Part shown: in pieces, positions 1 through 5,997 of the stretch | How the letters are laid out: every line of letters starts with the position of its first letter | Numbering within the stretch: the stretch's first letter is position 1 | Origin: a virus | Lineage: Duplodnaviria; Caudoviricetes | IMG/VR virus record: IMGVR_UViG_3300037067_018091 | Location: 1-64,000 of that record | Strand: one strand, 5' to 3' | Length of the DNA stretch: 64,000 nt | The notes under the pieces: generated by a model | Databases searched by the model: none | Seen by the model: the letters and a program-made list of their open reading frames with translations, nothing else | What the model was told of the DNA's origin: nothing | Position numbers and translations under genes: made by a program

Positions 1-83
1 TAATAAAACGGGGTTGAAGATATTGGGGGTCTAACGTACCCAAAGCAATTTGATATTGCAATTCCTCATCACTAATGTTAAAA

Positions 84-434
84 TTAATTTCCAAAGATTT
101 TTTCTTCCAATTCAAGTATTTTATCATTCATTCTTTTGATATTTACAGGATCTATTAGATGGGAAGAGGGTCTTACCCATAAGGATTTTTGATATATCCG
201 TCCAACTAGTAAATAGTCTTTTAATTCTTGATATATTAAGGGATGATTTAAAAATGTATTAGTTATTTTATCATTGTTATTTCCATCACGATATGAATAC
301 GTTTTATGCACCCACCATTTAATTAATAATTTGAAAATTTCTAAATCTTTACAATCTTGAATAAATTGTAGTGTAAACTCTTTTTCTGGAAAAGATCCAA
401 GTGCAATTTGTATTTTTATTTCTTCGTCGGTCAT
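84..434 (-). CDS. hypothetical protein with N-terminal ExxxQxALG tag
   Basis: ORF 116 aa, begins MTDEEIKIQIALGS; overlaps 431..772 by 4 nt (coupled). Confidence 0.75.
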   Translation of the reverse strand: MTDEEIKIQIALGSFPEKEFTLQFIQDCKDLEIFKLLIKWWVHKTYSYRDGNNNDKITNTFLNHPLIYQELKDYLLVGRIYQKSLWVRPSSHLIDPVNIKRMNDKILELEEKIFGN

Positions 435-772
435 AGAATTTGATAAAGTTTTCTAATTTCATTTACTATTTTATTAATAAAAATTCGAGTAGTGTTGTTT
501 GTATTGGGATTATTTAAAAATTGTTCATGGACGAGATTGGCTTTTCTATAATATTGTATTTGTTGATCGGTATAATTTTTACGGGCGGCAGTAGTATATT
601 CATAAGCAATAGCATGTTCAATCATGTGGTATTCTAAATATCCACTATAAAAAATTTTGGCAAGATTTTCTAAAAGTTCAGGATCTTGAATTCCCCACAC
701 AAGAATGGGCTCGATGTGTTCAGGTTTTATTAAACCAAGGGCAATTTGAGCTTTTAATTCTGCATCTGTCAT
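431..772 (-). CDS. hypothetical protein with N-terminal ExxxQxALG tag
   Basis: ORF 113 aa, begins MTDAELKAQIALGL. Confidence 0.75.
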   Translation of the reverse strand: MTDAELKAQIALGLIKPEHIEPILVWGIQDPELLENLAKIFYSGYLEYHMIEHAIAYEYTTAARKNYTDQQIQYYRKANLVHEQFLNNPNTNNTTRIFINKIVNEIRKLYQIL

Positions 773-838
773 GTTGTATAATACATAAATAAAATGAAAT
801 AATTTCGTAATTTTAGTGTATAAAATAATGTAAATAAG

Positions 839-850
839 GAACTATAATAG
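839..850 (+). promoter_or_regulatory. candidate phage promoter motif GAACTATAATAG upstream of tRNA array
   Basis: Same motif recurs before several operon starts (6337, 13750, 18461, 20846). Confidence 0.5.
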
Positions 851-963
851 AATAAATCTTTTAAGCGAGTTGGAGAAATGCGACTTCAAAATCTACAAAG
901 TCAAATTTTACAAATTATCCGGCTTGCAATCTTTTCATTATCCCCAAGTTATATTAGATGGCA

Positions 964-1090
964 GCCGGCGACAGTTAATCATACCTATTCAGGAATGGTT
1001 GAACGCCGGCGAAATACGTCATCGTTGTTGGGCTAAGTTTAAACCCTACAACGCACGACGTAAGAAAGCCGGCAGGCAGTCTGTCGTGCG
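964..1090 (+). ncRNA. candidate structured RNA (three GC-rich hairpins)
   Basis: gccggcg/cgccggc (964-970/1004-1010), cgttgt-ggg/ccc-acaacg (1023-1053), cgcacgac/gtcgtgcg (1052-1090). Confidence 0.4.
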
Positions 1091-1106
1091 CTGTTGTAAA
1101 TATTTT

Positions 1107-1187
1107 AGCAGGCGAAGAGTGATGGTTAACTCACCGGTCTCATAAGCCGGTTAACAATTAGGGGTTCGATTCCCCCGCCTGCCTCCA
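1107..1187 (+). tRNA. tRNA with CAT anticodon (Met or Ile2)
   Basis: ccggt-CTCATAA-gccgg anticodon arm, TTCGATT T-loop, encoded CCA; 1:72 mismatch, 9-nt variable region. Confidence 0.8.
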
Positions 1188-1193
1188 AATTTT

Positions 1194-1264
1194 AGGTCGG
1201 TGGTGTAATGGTAACATGGTGGTCTCCAAAATCATTGATGTGCGTTCAAGTCGTACCCGACCTG
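1194..1264 (+). tRNA. tRNA-Trp(CCA)
   Basis: aggtcgg/ccgacct acceptor, loop CTCCAAA. Confidence 0.9.
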
Positions 1265-1273
1265 CTAGTTTAA

Positions 1274-1344
1274 TGGGATGTAGTTTAATGGTAGAACTCT
1301 TGACTCTGACTCAAGGAGTGGAAGTTCAAATCTTTCCGTCCCAG
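1274..1344 (+). tRNA. tRNA-Gln(CTG)
   Basis: tgggatg/cgtccca acceptor, cttga-CTCTGAC-tcaag. Confidence 0.9.
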
Positions 1345-1449
1345 TTGAATATTTAATAGATAAGGGGAAATTATGAAAAAAATAATGTGTAAAATAAAAG
1401 TGATGGCGCGCCCGACAAAACAGGGTGCGATTGTAAAAATAAAAGCTAC

Positions 1450-1534
1450 GCCGGAGTGGCGAAATTGGGAGACGCGCTAGCCCTAGAAGTTAGTGTCGAA
1501 AGGCGTGTTGGTTCAAATCCAATCTCCGGCACCA
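1450..1534 (+). tRNA. tRNA-Leu(TAG), C33 variant
   Basis: gccggag/ctccggc acceptor, ctagc-CCTAGAA-gttag, long variable arm, CCA. Confidence 0.88.
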
Positions 1535-1553
1535 AAATTTTTTTGGAGTAAAA

Positions 1554-1859
1554 ATGAAAATTAAAACTAAATACGTTTGGTATGATGGAGAAAAATGGAA
1601 GGTAGAAAAACTTTTTTCTCCTACGAAATTTGATAATTTTTTATTATTATCTATGGAAGATTCCACACATATTCATGAAGACGACAAAACAATTCCTGTT
1701 AGGATGCAGTTAATTGATGTAGAAAATGAAACTTTTTATTGGGATACTTTAGAAACTCGTAAAATTATGAAACAATTCAATAGTCTCGAAGAGGAACATA
1801 GAAAACAAATTGATAAGTTGCAGACAGCTTTAGTTGATGGTTGGGTGGATAAGGATTAA
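1554..1859 (+). CDS. hypothetical protein
   Basis: ORF 101 aa with GGAG RBS. Confidence 0.75.
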   Translation: MKIKTKYVWYDGEKWKVEKLFSPTKFDNFLLLSMEDSTHIHEDDKTIPVRMQLIDVENETFYWDTLETRKIMKQFNSLEEEHRKQIDKLQTALVDGWVDKD

Positions 1860-1876
1860 TTTGGCACCAAAAATAT

Positions 1877-2104
1877 ATGAATGATAAAGAAAAAGAAGTG
1901 CAGATTGCATTAGGTACAGTTGAGAGGTGTACTGCGTGTGGTGAATTATATAGTACGAATCAACTTGAAGTGGTGCAATCAACTATTGACGAAAAGTTTT
2001 ATTTCATATGTATTAAATGTCTTAATAATGTTTCAACAATTGTGAATGTACGGCGCTGTGATGGAAATGGTATACATGTTCGCCTCAAGAGCGAGATTTT
2101 ATAG
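1877..2104 (+). CDS. small zinc-ribbon protein with ExxxQxALG tag
   Basis: MNDKEKEVQIALGT, CxxC...CxxC; 3' end overlaps tRNA-Leu(CAA). Confidence 0.7.
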   Translation: MNDKEKEVQIALGTVERCTACGELYSTNQLEVVQSTIDEKFYFICIKCLNNVSTIVNVRRCDGNGIHVRLKSEIL

Positions 2105-2125
2105 GTTCGAATCCTATCAGCGCTA
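2052..2125 (+). tRNA. tRNA-Leu(CAA) with short variable loop
   Basis: ggcgctg/cagcgct, ttcgc-CTCAAGA-gcgag, 5-nt variable loop, atagg-TTCGAAT-cctat. Confidence 0.82.
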
Positions 2126-2134
2126 TTAAAATAT

Positions 2135-2218
2135 GGCGGAGTGGTGGAACTGGAATACACACTGGTCTTAAGAACCAGTGCCGGGTACGGCTTGAGGGTT
2201 CAAATCCCTCCTTCGCTA
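2135..2218 (+). tRNA. tRNA-Leu(TAA)
   Basis: ggcggag/cttcgct, ctggt-CTTAAGA-accag, long variable arm. Confidence 0.92.
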
Positions 2219-2230
2219 TAATAAAGTTTT

Positions 2231-2244
2231 TTGTTCTTTGAAAA
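2231..2244 (+). promoter_or_regulatory. boxA-like antitermination element
   Basis: TTGTTCTTTGAAAA matches the rrn boxA form GTTCTTTGAAAA; lies inside a stable-RNA operon. Confidence 0.5.
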
Positions 2245-2252
2245 ATTAATAA

Positions 2253-2324
2253 CTCACCAAACGTGGGGCAACTGCGGAGAACTATTCAAAGAATGTTGCC
2301 TGACTCGTGAATAGTCTTGGTGAG
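2253..2324 (+). ncRNA. candidate pseudoknotted RNA
   Basis: P1 ctcaccaa/ttggtgag, P2 gggcaac/gttgcct, P2-loop actattca pairs 8/8 with tgaatagt. Confidence 0.5.
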
Positions 2325-2337
2325 CAAAATATAAGAT

Positions 2338-2412
2338 CTCTCTGTGGTGTAAGAAAATGGAAACACGCCGGGAAGACCTGGAAACGTGGGAGTCGATGAC
2401 CTACCAGAGGGA
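2338..2412 (+). ncRNA. tRNA-like cloverleaf lacking a normal anticodon loop
   Basis: All four stems pair (ctctctg/cagaggg, gtgt/acac, ccggg/cctgg, gtggg/cctac); loops AAGA (4 nt) and AGTCGATGA (9 nt). Confidence 0.6.
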
Positions 2413-2423
2413 TTTTTAAATTT

Positions 2424-2496
2424 GCCGAGGTAGTGTTAATGGTTAGCACGTCGGGTTGTGGCCCCGGAAAAGTTGGTTCAAATCCAATCCTCGGTA
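2424..2496 (+). tRNA. tRNA-His(GTG)
   Basis: gccgagg/cctcggt, tcggg-TTGTGGC-cccgg; U at -1 and A73. Confidence 0.88.
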
Positions 2497-2504
2497 TTAA
2501 AGCA

Positions 2505-2593
2505 GGTACTATAGAGGTCCACTCTTTAATAATTTTTGTAACCCCCTGTGGTGGGCGCAGAAGCTGCAAAGTTATTAAAGACTCTATAGTACC
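2505..2593 (+). ncRNA. candidate rod-shaped RNA
   Basis: ggtactatagag/ctctatagtacc 12 bp perfect plus about 17-bp inner stem tctttaataattt/aagttattaaaga. Confidence 0.45.
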
Positions 2594-2604
2594 ATTGAAT
2601 AATT

Positions 2605-2679
2605 GCCCCTGTAGTATAATGGATAGTACGATTCGCTACGGACGAATTAATCAGGGTTCAACTCCTTGCAGGGGTACCA
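2605..2679 (+). tRNA. tRNA-Arg(ACG)
   Basis: gcccctg/caggggt, attcg-CTACGGA-cgaat, CCA. Confidence 0.93.
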
Positions 2680-2687
2680 AATTTAAC

Positions 2688-3225
2688 GCCTCTGTAGCTT
2701 AAAAGGTACTATATTAAAATAAACCTTTTAAGCTACTGGAGAAAGTTATGAAAATTTGCCAGGATTGCGGAAAAGAATTTCCATTTAGTATAGTAATTGA
2801 TGGGAAAAAACGTAATATAAGTAATCGAAAATTTTGTTTAGCGTGTTCACCATTTGGTGCGCACAATACCTCTAAACAATCTTTACGTAATAGAAAAAAG
2901 CGGAAAACGCGGGGGGAATATCACCGAAAGTATATGAGAAGAAGAGTAAAATTAATGAAAAACAAGGCAACGGATTATGCAGGTAATGCATGTTTTATTT
3001 GTGGATATTCTAAATGTAAAGATGCGTTAGAATTTCATCATAGGCGGCCAGATCAAAAAAATTTCGGCATTGGTAATAGATATGCATGTAGTTGGAAAGT
3101 TTTAAAATGTGAAATTGATAAATGTGTACTTTTATGTGCGAATTGTCATAGAGAAGTAGAAGCTGGTATAACAAAACTTATATCTGCGGTAGAGGTTGAA
3201 GGTTCAATTCCTTCCAGAGGTACCA
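2688..3225 (+). pseudogene. split tRNA (Arg-like acceptor) interrupted by HNH gene
   Basis: 5' piece gcctctg-ta-gctt-aaaagg (2688-2706); 3' piece gaagg-TTCAATT-ccttc-cagaggt-A-CCA (3198-3225); acceptor strands pair 7/7. Confidence 0.75.
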
Positions 3226-3233
3226 AAAATTAG
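2748..3233 (+). CDS. HNH homing endonuclease
   Basis: CxxC, CFICGY, LEFHH, CVLLCANCHRE motifs; C-terminus runs through tRNA 3' piece. Confidence 0.9.
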   Translation: MKICQDCGKEFPFSIVIDGKKRNISNRKFCLACSPFGAHNTSKQSLRNRKKRKTRGEYHRKYMRRRVKLMKNKATDYAGNACFICGYSKCKDALEFHHRRPDQKNFGIGNRYACSWKVLKCEIDKCVLLCANCHREVEAGITKLISAVEVEGSIPSRGTKN

Positions 3234-3238
3234 ATAAT

Positions 3239-3312
3239 GGGGGTGTCGCCAAATTGGATAAGGCCTTTCGGTTCTAACGAAAAGATTGAGGGTTCGAGTC
3301 CTTCCACCCCTA
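3239..3312 (+). tRNA. tRNA-Arg(TCT)
   Basis: gggggtg/cacccct, tttcg-GTTCTAA-cgaaa. Confidence 0.88.
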
Positions 3313-3333
3313 TAAATATTTATAGAAAAATTT

Positions 3334-3408
3334 TGGCCACTAACTCAATGGTAGAGTGCCGTCCCGTTAAGTCGGAAGTTCAGGGTTCAAATCCCTGGTG
3401 GCCAGCCA
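3334..3408 (+). tRNA. tRNA-Asn(GTT), C33 variant
   Basis: tggccac/gtggcca, ccgtc-CCGTTAA-gtcgg, G73, CCA. Confidence 0.88.
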
Positions 3409-3413
3409 AATTA

Positions 3414-3490
3414 CGGGGTGTGGCGCAGCCTGGTAGCGCACTTGTTTTGGGAACAAGTAGTCGAAGGTTCAAATCCTTTCATCCCGACCA
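3414..3490 (+). tRNA. tRNA-Pro(TGG)
   Basis: cggggtg/catcccg, cttgt-TTTGGGA-acaag, CCA. Confidence 0.93.
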
Positions 3491-3497
3491 AATTAAT

Positions 3498-3581
3498 GTG
3501 TTGGTGGCAGAGTGGTCGATTGCACCTGACTGTAGATCAGGACTTTAGGGCGCGGTGGTTCGAATCCATCCCAACACACCA
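3498..3581 (+). tRNA. tRNA-Tyr(GTA)
   Basis: gtgttgg/ccaacac, cctga-CTGTAGA-tcagg, CCA. Confidence 0.92.
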
Positions 3582-3606
3582 AATTTTTTATAAAGAGGTA
3601 TAAATA

Positions 3607-4170
3607 ATGCGTTCTTGTGATATGATGGTTGATTTAGAAACATTGGGCATGCCTCCTGATGGTATTATTGTTTCAATTGCGTGCGTTCCATTTGATCCGG
3701 AAGATGGAATTATTGATGAAGGTAAACGATGGAATATAACAATTGATTCTAATATTGCAGAAGGAAGAAAATTTACTCCTCAAACAGTTGAATGGTGGTT
3801 AAAGCAATCTAAAGAGGCACAAGAATCTCTTTTTGATATTGAACCACAACCTCTTGTAAATGTATTACAAGAATTTTGTGAATATGTACAAAAACATCTA
3901 GGAAAGAAAAGAAGTGTTTGGGTAAATGGTGCATCTTTTGATTTTATACTTTTAAAAGATGCTTTGATTAAAGCAAATATAAAAATTCCTTGGCATTTTA
4001 GACAAGAAAGTTGCATGAGGGCACTTTTACGTATTGGTAGATCTTTTGAGATAGAATACAAAAAGTATTCAGATGAAAATAAAGGAATCGCCCATAATGC
4101 ATTGGATGATTGTATAATACAGGCAAGATATATTATAGATTTTATAAAAATTATGAGGAAGGTTGACTGA
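3607..4170 (+). CDS. DEDDh 3'-5' exoribonuclease (Rv2179c/RNase AS-like)
   Basis: MVDLETLG, WW, WVNGASFD, HNALDD motifs. Confidence 0.88.
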   Translation: MRSCDMMVDLETLGMPPDGIIVSIACVPFDPEDGIIDEGKRWNITIDSNIAEGRKFTPQTVEWWLKQSKEAQESLFDIEPQPLVNVLQEFCEYVQKHLGKKRSVWVNGASFDFILLKDALIKANIKIPWHFRQESCMRALLRIGRSFEIEYKKYSDENKGIAHNALDDCIIQARYIIDFIKIMRKVD

Positions 4171-4243
4171 TCGGTAAAGTACCCGGTTGCTACCCGGAGG
4201 TCGGCCCGCAAGGGCTGAGAGGGTTCAATTCCTTCACCTTCCG
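4157..4243 (+). tRNA. tRNA-Ser(GCT)
   Basis: ggaaggt/accttcc, loop TTGCTAC, long variable arm, G73. Confidence 0.88.
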
Positions 4244-4252
4244 CTTAAAATT

Positions 4253-4426
4253 ATGACTAAAAAAGAATTTAACATTCAAAAATCTTTAGGATTAATTAAA
4301 TGTTGTATTTGTAAAACAAGTGAAATTGAATATAAGGAATTAGTAGTATTGGAAGCATTTGGTACGCCGCATACTGAGATAGTATGCGGGAAATGCCGTA
4401 ACGATATTTTATTAAAGGCAAAATAA
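4253..4426 (+). CDS. small zinc-ribbon protein with ExxxQxSLG tag
   Basis: MTKKEFNIQKSLGLIKCCICK...CGKC; ATG 4253 chosen because the longer track ORF starts inside tRNA-Ser. Confidence 0.7.
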   Translation: MTKKEFNIQKSLGLIKCCICKTSEIEYKELVVLEAFGTPHTEIVCGKCRNDILLKAK

Positions 4427-4428
4427 AC

Positions 4429-4503
4429 GGCGCTATCGTCTAATGGTTAGGACATGAGACCTTCAATCTTAAAATTCGGGTTCGATTCCCGGTAGCGCCA
4501 CCA
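4429..4503 (+). tRNA. tRNA-Glu(TTC), C33 variant
   Basis: ggcgcta/tagcgcc, tgaga-CCTTCAA-tctta, CCA. Confidence 0.88.
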
Positions 4504-4508
4504 AATAT

Positions 4509-4580
4509 GCCGCTTTAGCTTAACGGTAAAGCCACCGCCCTGTAAGCGGTAAGATCCCAGTTCAAATCTGAGAGGCGGCT
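4509..4580 (+). tRNA. tRNA-Thr(TGT), C33 variant
   Basis: gccgctt/aggcggc, accgc-CCTGTAA-gcggt. Confidence 0.86.
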
Positions 4581-4666
4581 TTAAATAAACGGGGTACAAC
4601 GGACGAGGCTTAGGCGGGTAATCAATCCTGGTGGGAAGCGTGCGGTTGACCAACCCCAAAAATTTT

Positions 4667-4741
4667 GCGGGTAAAGTGTTGATGGGTGCACATCAGCCTT
4701 CCAAGCTGAGAGAAAGGGTTCAAATCCCTTTACCCGCTCCA
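4667..4741 (+). tRNA. tRNA-Gly(TCC)
   Basis: gcgggta/tacccgc, tcagc-CTTCCAA-gctga, U73, CCA. Confidence 0.93.
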
Positions 4742-4755
4742 AAACATGGTGAACT

Positions 4756-5112
4756 ATGGAAAATGAAAAGAAGAAACAACGAGAACTTTTATTTAGTATT
4801 TCAAAAAAAGATTTTGAAATACAAACATTCCGCGCAGGTGGAAAAGGTGGGCAACATCAAAATAAAACAGAGACGGGTGTTAGAATAATTCATAAAGCTT
4901 CTGGTGCAAGAGGCGAAGCACGGGATTCTCGTAGTCAGCATATAAATCGTAAAAATGCTTTTAATCGTCTTGTTGAATCTTCTAAATTTCAAGCATGGTT
5001 TAAAATTGAAGTTGCCCGTAGATTAGGTACATTGAAACAATTAGAACAGGATGCGGAACGATGGGTTGATGCCCAAATGAAAAGTGAAAATTTAAAAATT
5101 GAAAATATTTAA
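4756..5112 (+). CDS. class I release-factor-like peptidyl-tRNA hydrolase domain protein (ArfB/PrfH-like)
   Basis: FRAGGKGGQHQNKTETGVRIIH...RSQHINRKNAFNRL, RF-1 GGQ domain only. Confidence 0.9.
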   Translation: MENEKKKQRELLFSISKKDFEIQTFRAGGKGGQHQNKTETGVRIIHKASGARGEARDSRSQHINRKNAFNRLVESSKFQAWFKIEVARRLGTLKQLEQDAERWVDAQMKSENLKIENI

Positions 5113-5115
5113 TGT

Positions 5116-5415
5116 ATGACGAATAAAGAAAGACAAGTCCAGAAAGCGTTGGGCACCCTTTCAATTAAAGGGTGGTTACAAGAAAAAGGAATTGTTTTAC
5201 GTGAAAAATGGTGGTATTTCCCTTTAAAAAAATCTACACCGGCAGACAATAAAAATGTTGTAATCATAAATAATCAAAAGTATTATAAAGTTGCAGATGA
5301 ATACATTGATCAATTTGTTTTTCCTATTTCAAGTGTAAATGAAGTAATCGCAGAACAAGTAATTGAATCTGTATATTGGAGTATAAGTATTGAAAATGGT
5401 TCAAATATTTGTTAA
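5116..5415 (+). CDS. hypothetical protein with ExxxQxALG tag
   Basis: MTNKERQVQKALGT. Confidence 0.75.
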   Translation: MTNKERQVQKALGTLSIKGWLQEKGIVLREKWWYFPLKKSTPADNKNVVIINNQKYYKVADEYIDQFVFPISSVNEVIAEQVIESVYWSISIENGSNIC

Positions 5416-5475
5416 AATTCGCGCCAAATATTTTTAAAAATTTGTATAAATAATAAAGAGCGTGTTTTAAAATGA

Positions 5476-5546
5476 TGGGGTGTGGTGAAATGGTATCACA
5501 TATGACTTTGGATCATAATTCGGAGGTTCGACTCCTCCCACCCCAG
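5476..5546 (+). tRNA. tRNA-Gln(TTG)
   Basis: tggggtg/cacccca, tatga-CTTTGGA-tcata. Confidence 0.92.
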
Positions 5547-5568
5547 CTTAATGTGGAAGGAGATTTAA

Positions 5569-5910
5569 GTGAAAACGAAGTTTAGTCATCTACGTATGAA
5601 GGGACAATTAGTTGCTACAATCGCTTTCAAAGAAGTGGGCGAGCATGCTGTGTATTATGGAATTGCAGTTGTATCAAAAAATGAATCTCAGGTTTCATAT
5701 AAAAAAGGTCGTAGGATTGCAGAGGGGCGTTGCAATAAAGCATTTGAACTTGAAGATTACCCGATTGAATGGCAAGAGTACGAAGGCGTCATCCCGGCTT
5801 CAAATGATATTATAGAAATTTTGAAAGCGCGGGGATTAGTTAAGTTTGGAGAGTGTTCTTCACAAGCTTTTAAAGACTGTATTCAAGAACTTCGAAATTT
5901 AGGGTTTTAA
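5569..5910 (+). CDS. hypothetical protein
   Basis: GTG start with AAGGAG RBS, 113 aa. Confidence 0.75.
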   Translation: MKTKFSHLRMKGQLVATIAFKEVGEHAVYYGIAVVSKNESQVSYKKGRRIAEGRCNKAFELEDYPIEWQEYEGVIPASNDIIEILKARGLVKFGECSSQAFKDCIQELRNLGF

Positions 5911-5917
5911 TTTAAAG

Positions 5918-5991
5918 GCGGGAGCAGCTTGTTTGGATCGAGCAATCGCCCTACGCGCGAAAGGTAGTAGGTTCGACTCCTACCTCCCGCA
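5918..5991 (+). tRNA. tRNA-Val(TAC), C33 variant
   Basis: gcgggag/ctcccgc, tcgc-CCTACGC-gcga, gtagg-TTCGACT-cctac. Confidence 0.86.
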
Positions 5992-5997
5992 TTTTAT

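Noticed and set aside
1450-1534. Reading the loop as a CTA amber suppressor
   Set aside because: Stem pairing fixes the 7-nt loop CCTAGAA, placing TAG at 34-36; long genes are intact in code 11, so no recoding is indicated.
4591-4657. GC-rich spacer GGGGT...ACCCC between tRNA-Thr and tRNA-Gly
   Set aside because: Only short, discontinuous stems; no T arm or anticodon arm. May be a decayed RNA but is not supportable.
870-4888. Track ORFs 870..1145, 2282..2569, 2433..2702, 3237..3548, 3418..3603, 3780..4211, 4447..4659, 4631..4888
   Set aside because: They lie over tRNAs/structured RNAs or antisense to real genes, lack RBS or motifs, and are explained by GC-rich RNA sequence.
5445-5452. T4-type late promoter TATAAATA
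   Set aside because: Isolated match in AT-rich DNA and not seen before the structural operons.
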